Source of the DNA: Octopus bimaculoides | Lineage: Eukaryota | DNA length: 64,000 nt | Reading direction: 5' to 3' | Assembly (NCBI RefSeq): GCF_001194135.2 | Contig: NC_068981.1 | Location: forward strand, 76,675,181 to 76,739,180 | Notes under the pieces: model-generated | What the model was told of the DNA's origin: nothing | The model's input: only the letters and a program-made list of their open reading frames with translations | Databases searched by the model: none | Shown: in pieces, positions 12,891 through 24,470 of the stretch | How the letters are laid out: each line of letters begins with the position of its first letter | Numbering within the stretch: the first letter of the stretch is position 1 | Translations under genes and position numbers: made by a program

Positions 12891-12979
12891 TCACCGACAT
12901 ATATGTTTTGATGTATACATTAAAATTAATCCGGGAGGAAAATAAGGTGGAATATTGTATCAATCTCATCAGAGAGGAG
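12891..12979 (-). ncRNA. Type I hammerhead motif, degenerate (G12A)
   Basis: Minus strand CTGATGA-GATTGATACAATA...TAATGTATACATC-AAAAC-ATATAT-GTC-GGTGA; palindromic ACATATATGT stem III, GUC triplet, GAAA changed to AAAA. Confidence 0.55.
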
Positions 12980-13040
12980 ATTATAACTAACAGTGTTCAT
13001 TAATAAGTCGTTTATACATTTGTAAAAATGGCTTGTTAAT

Positions 13041-13130
13041 TTCTTCCCTGATGAGATTGATACATTATTCCACCTTATTTTACCTCCACGATTAATTTTA
13101 ATGTATCCATCGAAACATATATATCGGTGA
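13041..13130 (+). ncRNA. Type I hammerhead motif with long stem II
   Basis: CTGATGA (13048-13054); stem II GAT-T-GATACATTA / TAATGTATC-C-ATC (12 of 13 pairs) closing a long loop; GAAAC (13112-13116); ATATAT; AUC triplet; weak stem I (CC/GG). Confidence 0.65.
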
Positions 13131-13314
13131 TATAAATGATTTAAATAATATCTTGTACGTGTCTCTCCATTTTCCATTTCCCTTATGCTCCCAAAAACAC
13201 GTCTCAATTCTCCTTGGAATTATTACCCATGTATGTGTGGTTACTAATATCTTAAGTGCTTATGCGACATTTGCCAACCCTGGTAACTATTTCTCCGGAT
13301 CTTTCCTCGTTAAT

Positions 13315-13356
<42 letters not shown>

Positions 13357-14522
13357 NNNNNNNNNNNNNNNNNNNNNNNNNNNNNNNNNNNNNNNNNNNN
13401 NNNNNNNNNNNNNNNNNNNNNNNNNNNNNNNNNNNNNNNNNNNNNNNNNNNNNNNNNNNNNNNNNNNNNNNNNNNNNNNNNNNNNNNNNNNNNNNNNNNN
13501 NNNNNNNNNNNNNNNNNNNNNNNNNNNNNNNNNNNNNNNNNNNNNNNNNNNNNNNNNNNNNNNNNNNNNNNNNNNNNNNNNNNNNNNNNNNNNNNNNNNN
13601 NNNNNNNNNNNNNNNNNNNNNNNNNNNNNNNNNNNNNNNNNNNNNNNNNNNNNNNNNNNNNNNNNNNNNNNNNNNNNNNNNNNNNNNNNNNNNNNNNNNN
13701 NNNNNNNNNNNNNNNNNNNNNNNNNNNNNNNNNNNNNNNNNNNNNNNNNNNNNNNNNNNNNNNNNNNNNNNNNNNNNNNNNNNNNNNNNNNNNNNNNNNN
13801 NNNNNNNNNNNNNNNNNNNNNNNNNNNNNNNNNNNNNNNNNNNNNNNNNNNNNNNNNNNNNNNNNNNNNNNNNNNNNNNNNNNNNNNNNNNNNNNNNNNN
13901 NNNNNNNNNNNNNNNNNNNNNNNNNNNNNNNNNNNNNNNNNNNNNNNNNNNNNNNNNNNNNNNNNNNNNNNNNNNNNNNNNNNNNNNNNNNNNNNNNNNN
14001 NNNNNNNNNNNNNNNNNNNNNNNNNNNNNNNNNNNNNNNNNNNNNNNNNNNNNNNNNNNNNNNNNNNNNNNNNNNNNNNNNNNNNNNNNNNNNNNNNNNN
14101 NNNNNNNNNNNNNNNNNNNNNNNNNNNNNNNNNNNNNNNNNNNNNNNNNNNNNNNNNNNNNNNNNNNNNNNNNNNNNNNNNNNNNNNNNNNNNNNNNNNN
14201 NNNNNNNNNNNNNNNNNNNNNNNNNNNNNNNNNNNNNNNNNNNNNNNNNNNNNNNNNNNNNNNNNNNNNNNNNNNNNNNNNNNNNNNNNNNNNNNNNNNN
14301 NNNNNNNNNNNNNAGTGTATATATTATACAAATATATATATAAGAAACAAGTTTAAAATATTGCCCCTACTTCTACTAGATGACTCCTATACTTCTATAT
14401 ATATATAATTGCTTCCATTCCTTTGTAACTTGTGTCTTCCGCTGTTCTATATTCTACAACATTTTGGGGTCATTGCTGCATTTTTTGCTAACTCTGTATA
14501 GTCTTTGTTTCAGAAAATAATA

Positions 14523-15604
14523 ATGGTAGGCGCTCAGCTTACTCAGGAAATGAAGAGGCATGCGGCTATTGTGGTTATAAAGTCTGAACATACCGATTTA
14601 GAAATATCACGATTTTTAAAAGTTGCCAGATCTTTCGTCTACAAAGTTTGTAAGGATCTACAGACTGGAGATGGAAAGGAATCACCAGTATCAAAGCATA
14701 AAAAAGCATTCTAAACACCTGAATTTATCCAACAAGTTCAAAAGACCATTGATTACAAAGCCAGTGTGTCCATGAGGTCAATTGCAAACGGTCTCCATGT
14801 GTCAGAAGGAACAGTCAGAAATATTGTCCACGAAGTCATCAGATATAAGCCTTATATGCTGAAGGATGGTCAATTTGTCAGAAAAGCAAAAAAGAACTAC
14901 TACATCAGATCAATAAGGCTCTTAAACAAACTGAAAAATCTAGCAGAAGTTTGATTTGGTTTTTCTCAAATGACAAAAACATCGACCAACATCAAAACGT
15001 TAACAGAAGAATAGACAGATGGTTATGTGCAGACTCTTCTGAAATTCCAAGTGTTAAGCATACAATATTTCCTGCAATTAGTCATAGTTTTAGGGGTTGT
15101 CAGCAATCAAGAACATGTGATGCTTCCTTACTTCTTTCCGCAAAACCATCGAGTTAACTCTGCTGCCTACATTGAGATCCTGGAAATAATTGTTAACTCC
15201 TGAATAAACACTGTATGCAATGGAAGGTCATATGTGTTTCCATAAGTCTCTGCACAATCACACATGGCTCTAGTAACACCAGAATGGATGGTTGAAAATT
15301 TTCATGATCGCATAACCCATAATATTTGGCCTCCTAATTCCCCAGATCTCAATACATTGGACTACTACATGTGGAGAGTTGTTGAGAGAGAGGTCAATGA
15401 ACACGCCCCTAACACCTAAGATTCTTTGAAAGCTGCCATAGTCAGAGTAATGTCCAACATTAACCAGGACCACTTGATTCGAGCATGTAGATGATGTAGA
15501 TCTCATATAGAAGCAGGTGTTGAAACTGAGGGTGGCTTTATTGTTTATCCTCATAGCATTTTTTGATAAACATAAATATCTCCTCAAATATCTTAAGCAC
15601 CCTG
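14523..15604 (+). mobile_element. Tc1/mariner-superfamily DD37D (maT/mori-type) transposon, decayed; 3' TIR present
   Basis: Frames give MVGAQLTQEMKRHA, WFFSNDKNIDQHQNVNRR, and YVFP*VSAQSH...WPPNSPDLNTLDYY with exactly 37 residues between the mutated second D position (now V) and the third D. Right end CACCCTG|TA at 15598-15606. Confidence 0.85.
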
Positions 15605-16507
15605 TATATATATATATATATATATATAATTATTATTATATGATCGAACGCCACGCATCCTTTTCCAAGTAAGTTTTATCTTAATAATTACAATCNNNNN
15701 NNNNNNNNNNNNNNNNNNNNNNNNNNNNNNNNNNNNNNNNNNNNNNNNNNNNNNNNNNNNNNNNNNNNNNNNNNNNNNNNNNNNNNNNNNNNNNNNNNNN
15801 NNNNNNNNNNNNNNNNNNNNNNNNNNNNNNNNNNNNNNNNNNNNNNNNNNNNNNNNNNNNNNNNNNNNNNNNNNNNNNNNNNNNNNNNNNNNNNNNNNNN
15901 NNNNNNNNNNNNNNNNNNNNNNNNNNNNNNNNNNNNNNNNNNNNNNNNNNNNNNNNNNNNNNNNNNNNNNNNNNNNNNNNNNNNNNNNNNNNNNNNNNNN
16001 NNNNNNNNNNNNNNNNNNNNNNNNNNNNNNNNNNNNNNNNNNNNNNNNNNNNNNNNNNNNNNNNNNNNNNNNNNNNNNNNNNNNNNNNNNNNNNNNNNNN
16101 NNNNNNNNNNNNNNNNNNNNNNNNNNNNNNNNNNNNNNNNNNNNNNNNNNNNNNNNNNNNNNNNNNNNNNNNNNNNNNNNNNNNNNNNNNNNNNNNNNNN
16201 NNNNNNNNNNNNNNNNNNNNNNNNNNNNNNNNNNNNNNNNNNNNNNNNNNNNNNNNNNNNNATGTATACATATAGCTGTAGGTATGTAAATATATGTATG
16301 GATATATGCATATATATATATATATATATATAATTATTATTATATGATCGAACGCCACGCATCCTTTTCCAAGTAAGTTTTATCTTAATAATTACAATCC
16401 GCACTCTACTGCTATTTCTTCCTTGTCTGTCTCTCACCCTCTCTTGTTCTTCTTCCTTTCTGTTTTTCTCTCCCACCCTTTCCCTGTTCTTCTCTCTCTT
16501 TCACCGT

Positions 16508-16585
<78 letters not shown>

Positions 16586-17875
16586 TCACTCTTCCTCCTT
16601 TATCCTCTCGTCACAAACACGTGACGAAAGGGGATTTCTCTTTCTGTTCAATGCCTTCCTATAGAAAAGACGTGTTGTTTCTGTCTCTTCTCTCATGCAC
16701 GTCTATCTAGCGTTCAAAATAATAATTTTTCTATTGTCTTGGCTTAACAGCCCTCACTGCTTGTTTTTACTGTCTTGTTCTCACTGTCCTGTTATTGTTA
16801 ACACTTTCACTCTCCACAAGTCATTAGAAATTTTATTTAATTTGCTTTGCGGAAGGATTATTCCAACGAAGTCGCGTATTGTCCTTGCCTTCGAAACGCG
16901 GAGTAGATGGAACAGGGACAACTATCGAAGGGTTATACTCTTTATATTGCATGTCTCGTTTCTCTGTTCGTTTTTTCGTTGTTCGAAAAAGTTCGTTTTC
17001 TGTTTTCGTTTTTCTGTTTTCATTTCTCATTGTGTTTAGCGGTTTTTCGTTATGTCCTGTATGTATGTATGTATGTATACATATAGATGTAGGTATGTAC
17101 ATATACGTATGGATATATGCATATATTTATATATCATTTATATTATATCTACACACACACGCACATATATNNNNNNNNNNNNNNNNNNNNNNNNNNNNNN
17201 NNNNNNNNNNNNNNNNNNNNNNNNNNNNNNNNNNNNNNNNNNNNNNNNNNNNNNNNNNNNNNNNNNNNNNNNNNNNNNATATATATATATATATATATAC
17301 ACATCTTTGTTTGTGTTTGTATATGTTTGTATGTGTGTATATATGCACAATGTATTATGTGTGTGTGCTTCTTTATCAACATGTCAACAAATGGTTATGC
17401 ACTGTACGTATTGTATCTTAATTGGACACTTCAGTTTCAATTATAATATTCAGTCAACATCTTTTGTCTACGGCAGATCTTTTTATTCCGAGTCTCAAAT
17501 CCAAATGTCTAAAATGATTTTAGCTGTGCAACTAGTACTGGGTTTATCATAGAATTTGCTGCTGCTGAATTTTATCAATGTTGGCTTAGTGTTTCTCCTT
17601 TCTAATTTCATTAATATCTCATTAAGATTTTCCAATTTCATTAAATACTTGTTATGATTGTGTAGTACAAGCCATCTGAACATTTAGCTTCTGACCTCTA
17701 AAGCAGTCAGATAACAAGCAAAATATCACGTTCAAAAGTAGAATATGTAATGTCAAGCGATATGTATTAAGTAAGTTATACCAGTATGTATTCCCATAAA
17801 GTCGATATTGCAACCTATTCTCATCTAAGTTTCTGCGTGTAATTTTTATTCAAAGCCTAACAAGAATGACCATAG

Positions 17876-18045
17876 GTGCGGACACGGCTGAGTGGTTAAA
17901 AAAGCTTGCTTTGAAACCACATGGTTTCGAGTTCATTCCCACTGCGCGGCAACTTAGGCAAGTGTGTTCTACTGTAGCCCAGCGCTAACGAATGGTTTCG
18001 AAGAGAATTTGGTTGTCGGAAACTCTGGTGAAACCCGTTGTGTGT
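17876..18045 (+). mobile_element. SINE family A, 5' head
   Basis: GGCTGAGTGGTTAAAAAAGCTTGCTTTGAAACCACATGGTTTCGAGTTCATTCCCACTGCGCGGCAACTTAGGCAAGTG. Confidence 0.75.
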
Positions 18046-18058
18046 GTANNNNNNNNNN

Positions 18059-18091
<33 letters not shown>

Positions 18092-18100
18092 CACACACAC

Positions 18101-19854
18101 ACTAGCAGAGATACCCGGCGTTGCCCGTGTTACGTGGAATTAAAGAATTAGACTTTTCTTTTATATTTTATCTAATGAACTGCAATCTATGATTCGAATT
18201 TCATCAAAATTGCAGTTTAAAACTTTTAATGAGAGTTCTTTCCCTCTTACACACCCTAACAAAAATTCTAATCATGACACATTTATCCCATACTACTCAT
18301 CTTTAGATTGCAAAATTCAAATCTCGTGGAACATGTTCAAATGTTTTTGCTCCTGAAAAATGGAGCTCATGGAGCTCAAAAATGTGAGAGTTAAGGATCC
18401 TATTGGGAGTGGGTGTCTTAAAGTCAACTAGAGAAGTTGACTTATTGGGAATCTTTTTAACTTGGGTCTTATATCTGCTGTTCAAATTTCTTTGAAATCG
18501 GAAATATATGTATGTTCAATGGGTTTGTAAAAGAGCAAAGCTACAGGAAACTAAAAGACATGATCACAATAAGCAATCAGCTACCCTACCCTAGCCGTTA
18601 CCACTTGCCAATTTAGGATTCCTCACCATATAGGTGACGGACACAGTCGTAAGATGCATTACGGATCTATAGCAATTGTGTGACGTGAGGGCTAAGGGGA
18701 AATGAAAGTTTCACTTCTGGAGTTTGCCAATAGTCACTATGACGATAGGTAACTGCACAATATAAATTTGCAATCTATAAATGTCTTTGAATAACGAGTC
18801 ACTTATCTGGGGAGGCCTTGAAGTCAATGTTATCATTTGGGGACTATATCTGACCAAATGGTAATACAAAGATTCAAAGGAGGTCTGAAACTGAATATAT
18901 TTACTCAACACTTTGCAACTGAATCTGTGGAGGCAAAGATGCCTCTCCTTTACTTGACAACTTATGCACCACATTGCAGAAATCACAATGTAAGTATACC
19001 TCAAAGCAAAGTCTTACACTGTTGTACCATTGAATTACAAATAACGCTCATCCTTTATGCTCGGGTGACCCTACAGCTTCCAAGAGTACACTTGTATTCG
19101 TCTTGGCTTAGGAAAAATGACTAAATTATGGGTGTTAAGCACCCATTAAGGGATCTTACTAACTTCTAAGAAGTTGAAATTTTAGAAATATTAATTCATT
19201 TGTGTTTAATATCTATGGTTAAAATTTCATCAACAGCAAAAATATATGGATTTTCATGGGGGTTATTGCCTCATTTATGCCTCCTCACTTTCAAAGATAT
19301 ACTGCATTACATAAGTCCTTATGCGTAGAATATAATTTCCAAATTTCATAAAGTTCAGTTCAGTACTTTTGAGCTAGTTCCGGATCATAAAAAAATTACT
19401 AAAATTTGGGAGTTAAGGCCCCACCCCGATTAGGGAGTCTTAGAATCCTCATGCGAAGCGGAAACTTTGGGAATACTTCTTGGTGTGTGTCAATTGCCTA
19501 TGCCTGAAATTTCATCAACATCGAAAATTTATGAAATTTCATGGAGGTGGGGGATTCGCCCCCTTTAAGCCACCTCAAATTCAAACCAAACACGCTGCAT
19601 TATACCCGCCCTTATGCATTGAATCTAAGGTCAAAATATCATAAGGAACCATTCAGTAATTTTGGTCCATGAAATTGTATGAAGCATGCAGCATTACTCC
19701 TCTCCCTAGGCTTGGATTTTGCCTTCCTAATTTCATTAGGATCGGTGTAGTTGCTTTCGAATGTATAAGTAACACACGAACACACATAAAGACATTGACT
19801 TTTATATAATAGATATGCATATGCACATATACATACATGTAAATGTGTGTGTAT

Positions 19855-19898
<44 letters not shown>

Positions 19899-19915
19899 TA
19901 GATTCATATATTTAA
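18101..19915 (+). mobile_element. Non-autonomous Helitron/Helentron (DINE-1/HINE-like) element or nested pieces
   Basis: Starts ACTAGCAGAGATACCCGGCGTTGCCCG (subterminal hairpin-type 5' end); repeated AAATTTCAT blocks (about 18197, 19342, 19507); ends in (CA)n-AGAAAGATAGATTCATATA. No coding remnant recognised. Confidence 0.5.
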
Positions 19916-19934
19916 TTGAGTGGGCAAGCAAAAA

Positions 19935-20310
19935 TATGAGACACTACCTTGAAGAATTTTTTGTCGAATGAATCAACACCGGTGCTTTTTTTTTTTGATA
20001 AGCCTGGTATTTATTCTATCAGTTCCTTTTTGTAAAACCAGTTAAGTTATGGGGATGTAAATAAACCAACACCAGTTGTCAAGCAGTGATGACGAAGAAA
20101 CACAGAGACAACGACATACGAATACACTTACATATATACATATATATAGGATTGATTTCTTTCATTTTCTGTCTACGAAATCCACTCACAAGTCTTTGGT
20201 TGGCCTGAGGCTATAGCAGAAGACACATGCCAACTTACAACATAGTGTGACTGAACCCAGGACCTTGTGTTTTAGAAGCAAGTTTCTTACCACACAGCCA
20301 CATCTGCATC
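19935..20310 (-). mobile_element. SINE family A, near full length
   Basis: Plus strand TCCACTCACAAGTCTTTGGTTGGCCTGAGGCTATAGCAGAAGACAC...CTTACCACACAGCCAC is the reverse complement of the family A head. Confidence 0.75.
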
Positions 20311-20390
20311 TATATGCATATGTATATCTGTGTGTGTGTATGTATATGTATATATGTATGTATATATATAAATATACATGTATGCATGTA

Positions 20391-20472
<82 letters not shown>

Positions 20473-20689
20473 AGTGTGTGTGTGTACCTATTACATATGC
20501 ATCTATACTGTCACAGCTATAGATACAGTTATATATATATACATATGTATGTATGTAAGTATGTACGTATGTATGTATGTATGTATGTATGTATGTACGT
20601 ACGTATGTACGTATACCTGTATATATGTGAGATCATAGTTTTACTATACCTGTATATATGTGAGATCATAGTTTTACTTTAATAGTTTC

Positions 20690-20930
20690 AGTATTAATAG
20701 TGAAACTATTAAAGTGAAATTATCTGACAATACAATAAAGAGATATCATTGTTTCACTTTTGACATGTAATACTGAAATAGTGGAAGATATAAGAGATTG
20801 CTCTGGGCATGTGTGAAATTTGAATAAAATCGGTTATGTAGTTCTCGAGTTTCAGGGATTCGCACAAACAGATACACAGAGGAACACACAGATAGACAGA
20901 CAGACAGACATTATCATCCTTATACATATA
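20690..20930 (+). mobile_element. 3' end of a Helitron/HINE-like non-autonomous element
   Basis: GTGTGAAATTTGAATAAAATCGGTTATGTAGTTCTCGAG...(GACA)n-TTATCATCCTTATACATATA resembles DINE-1/HINE 3' ends. Confidence 0.5.
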
Positions 20931-20940
20931 AATAAATCAG

Positions 20941-21173
20941 GTAACGATTCTTTGCCAATCTAATGTGGCAGCCCCATTTGGGACGAATGCTACTGTTGTT
21001 TAGCCCCAGAAGGATTCGTCTCCAGCTGCCTATACGACACACGATCTGTGTCATTATATTTTCGAACAGAAGACCTTAGCACACCCCACCTACCACAACG
21101 CAGTATCTGTAGACCATACGGTCCAAGGGTTATTTCTCTTCGTCAGCACATTAGGTTGGCAAATAGTCGTTAC
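20941..21173 (-). mobile_element. 233-bp hammerhead-bearing element with 27-bp terminal inverted repeats, related to 60-330
   Basis: 20941-20967 GTAACGATTCTTTGCCAATCTAATGTG vs reverse complement of 21147-21173 GTAACGACTATTTGCCAACCTAATGTG (24 of 27 identical). Internal body is homologous to 72-205. Confidence 0.65.
21108..21150 (-). ncRNA. Degenerate type I hammerhead (C3:G8 core, GAAA mutated)
   Basis: Minus strand TGTG-CTGACGA-AGAG aaataa CCCT-TGGAC-CGTATG-GTC-TACA, at the position homologous to the 229-275 hammerhead. Confidence 0.5.
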
Positions 21174-21237
21174 TTTAAATTACTGCTACTAAATATATCT
21201 CGTTGAGAGTTTTAGGAACAATAATGTTTATATATAT

Positions 21238-21276
<39 letters not shown>

Positions 21277-22980
21277 NNNNNNNNNNNNNNNNNNNNNNNN
21301 NNNNNNNNNNNNNNNNNNNNNNNNNNNNNNNNNNNNNNNNNNNNNNNNNNNNNNNNNNNNNNNNNNNNNNNNNNNNNNNNNNNNNNNNNNNNNNNNNNNN
21401 NNNNNNNNNNNNNNNNNNNNNNNNNNNNNNNNNNNNNNNNNNNNNNNNNNNNNNNNNNNNNNNNNNNNNNNNNNNNNNNNNNNNNNNNNNNNNNNNNNNN
21501 NNNNNNNNNNNNNNNNNNNNNNNNNNNNNNNNNNNNNNNNNNNNNNNNNNNNNNNNNNNNNNNNNNNNNNNNNNNNNNNNNNNNNNNNNNNNNNNNNNNN
21601 NNNNNNNNNNNNNNNNNNNNNNNNNNNNNNNNNNNNNNNNNNNNNNNNNNNNNNNNNNNNNNNNNNNNNNNNNNNNNNNNNNNNNNNNNNNNNNNNNNNN
21701 NNNNNNNNNNNNNNNNNNNNNNNNNNNNNNNNNNNNNNNNNNNNNNNNNNNNNNNNNNNNNNNNNNNNNNNNNNNNNNNNNNNNNNNNNNNNNNNNNNNN
21801 NNNNNNNNNNNNNNNNNNNNNNNNNNNNNNNNNNNNNNNNNNNNNNNNNNNNNNNNNNNNNNNNNNNNNNNNNNNNNNNNNNNNNNNNNNNNNNNNNNNN
21901 NNNNNNNNNNNNNNNNNNNNNNNNNNNNATATATATATATATATATATACATACGTATATATGTGTGTGTATGTGTCTATGAGTGTGAATATCTTTGTAT
22001 CTGTGATTAGGTAGTCAACGCTTCACAACTTCTGTTTGTTTGTTTACATGCAGGTAAATTCTTAGTTGGGTAAAAGAGAGGGTAGAATAAATATCACGCT
22101 TAAAAAGTAAAAGAATCACTGAGGTCTGCAAAGCAGTACACTAGTATGGTCGCAGTCCAATGATTGAAACAAGTAAAAGATGACAAAAGAAGATAATAGC
22201 TGTGGCTGTTTAGTAAGCAAATCTCTCCGACAAGCATTTCACTCTAGAAGTGAGCAATTCCACATTGTTTTAACAATAAATATTTGTTTGGAGTGTATAT
22301 ATTACTTGATTAAACTCTCGAGCAAATCCCACAAGAGCTGTTGTTTTGCCGCAGTTAAGCCTGATCTAGCTGGCCAATGATAAAGGCCATTCTAGCTCTG
22401 AAATTGCCGTCTACTTTTGAAGTATGGTGTGCACGACTGTTTTATTTAATGTTTCTTACGTCGTTTAAGATGGCAGCGTGTTATTAGGAGATATAACGGT
22501 TATATCTACAGATCAAACACTCAGTGAGAGACTCTTTCGTTGGCTCAATTCTTCTATAGTAGTGATGGCAGCCTTAGATATTCCTGAAATGCATGCTGAA
22601 CAGCAGACCGAGAGCGAGATAACGTCTTTATCGTGACTAGAACGGCTGTTCACAGGGATAGTGGGGTGGAGAAAAAAAAAGAAATCAGCTTATATAGAAG
22701 GACAACACAACTTAGATGAGAGAAAAGAAGGTGATTGAACAAATATTCCTGCGTGTTGTGAAATTTGATTATTCTGCTTTTCAATCGCCGTTTGTTCAGG
22801 ATCCTTACGGCAAACAAGTTAAAGATTGTTTCTAAATTGGATAGATCTCATGATTCAGTATGACGTCCGTACTTTTGTCATGGACATTAGTGTCATAATT
22901 GAAGTGAATTGGCTTCGACCGAGAAACAAATTTCAAATGGGCTTCTGGACTCGGTTTACCGGGAACTTTACACTTATTCG

Positions 22981-23068
22981 CCAATGTTCGTCGCATGCGT
23001 AGGTTAGCACGCTTGCACACTCGCACAAATACCTGCATATAAACCACAGAAACCATTCTTTCTCAGTT
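22981..23068 (+). promoter_or_regulatory. Candidate Pol II core promoter (CCAAT, TATA, Inr)
   Basis: CCAAT 22981-22985, TATAAA 23038-23043, TCAGTT 23063-23068 (A+1 27 nt from the first T of TATA), in a locally CpG-richer non-repeat stretch. Motif-only evidence. Confidence 0.25.
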
Positions 23069-23770
23069 TTCCACTCGGTCTCTTTCTCTCTTTCGTTTCG
23101 TTTCAGTAGTTTCGTCGCTTTTCTCTCAAATAATGTTTATATTCTCTCTTCTATGACGCAGTTGTCCTCTTTCCTCTCTTTGCGCATGCCTCGCTCTCTT
23201 TCGTCACTTCTTTGTTACCTTCTTTCTCCCTCTTTCCTTCTCTCTCTATTTTTTTGCTTCCTTTCTTTCTCTCTCTTTCTTTGAACTAATGAATAACGGC
23301 TGACATAAAATAAAGGATTTCCGTTTAACGTCACGTTAGCACTTTAGTCAACAAATTATGTCTGTTGGTTTCCACTGCGTTAATGCATGCCTGTGTATGT
23401 ATGAATGTGTATATTTGCACATGCCTGTGTGTATGTGCATGTGTATTTCCCTGCTGCATGTATGCATGTGTTTCTGATTAATACGCTTTGGCAGGTAGAA
23501 CACCTAAGTCACAAAGGTGCGAAATACAGAAGCAGTCCAAGCGTTTTTATAACACACGGAGAAATTTGAAAAACCCAGGTTCTAAATTATAGTGTGCTAG
23601 AGCGAACCAAATTCCAGCTTCGGTGGTTTTGTTGTTGCTTCTGATATTGCTTTTGGTTGCTATCATTATTGTTGTTGTTCTTTTTTAATTTTATGCCAAA
23701 ATTGATTTCCTAATCATTCACAATTACGTTTTTCTCCGTATAGAACATTGACAGTTTATTATTAAAGAAG

Positions 23771-23936
23771 CACAGGCGTGGTTATGTGGTAAGAAGTTTG
23801 CTTTCTAATGACAATGAGTTCAGGTTCAGTCCCACAGATTGACACCTCAGGCGAGAGTCGTCTACTATAGCCTCAGGCCGACCAAAACCATGTGAGTGGA
23901 TTTGGTAGACGGTAAATGAGAGAAGCCCGTCGTATA
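23771..23936 (+). mobile_element. SINE family A, 5' head running into a gap
   Basis: CAGGCGTGGTTATGTGGTAAGAAGTTTGC...TACTATAGCCTCAGGCCGACCAAAACCATGTGAGTGGATTTGGTAGACGG. Confidence 0.8.
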
Positions 23937-24470
23937 NNNNNNNNNNNNNNNNNNNNNNNNNNNNNNNNNNNNNNNNNNNNNNNNNNNNNNNNNNNNNNNN
24001 NNNNNNNNNNNNNNNNNNNNNNNNNNNNNNNNNNNNNNNNNNNNNNNNNNNNNNNNNNNNNNNNNNNNNNNNNNNNNNNNNNNNNNNNNNNNNNNNNNNN
24101 NNNNNNNNNNNNNNNNNNNNNNNNNNNNNNNNNNNNNNNNNNNNNNNNNNNNNNNNNNNNNNNNNNNNNNNNNNNNNNNNNNNNNNNNNNNNNNNNNNNN
24201 NNNNNNNNNNNNNNNNNNNNNNNNNNNNNNNNNNNNNNNNNNNNNNNNNNNNNNNNNNNNNNNNNNNNNNNNNNNNNNNNNNNNNNNNNNNNNNNNNNNN
24301 NNNNNNNNNNNNNNNNNNNNNNNNNNNNNNNNNNNNNNNNNNNNNNNNNNNNNNNNNNNNNNNNNNNNNNNNNNNNNNNNNNNNNNNNNNNNNNNNNNNN
24401 NNNNNNNNNNNNNNNNNNNNNNNNNNNNNNNNNNNNNNNNNNNNNTATATATATATATATATATATTCGT

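Larger units (their letters stand above)
12841..13183. repeat. Head-to-head inverted repeat (~147-bp arms, ~46-bp spacer); each arm carries a hammerhead motif
   Basis: 12841-12987 is the reverse complement of 13034-13183 (AGGAAATGGAAAATGGAGA / TCTCCATTTTCCATTTCC; ATCATTTATATCACCGA / TCGGTGATATAAATGAT). Confidence 0.9.

Noticed and set aside
15629-16397. Identical 67-bp sequence on both sides of an N gap (15629-15695 and 16331-16397)
   Set aside because: A perfect duplication flanking a gap next to (TA)n is most simply an unmerged contig overlap (assembly artefact).
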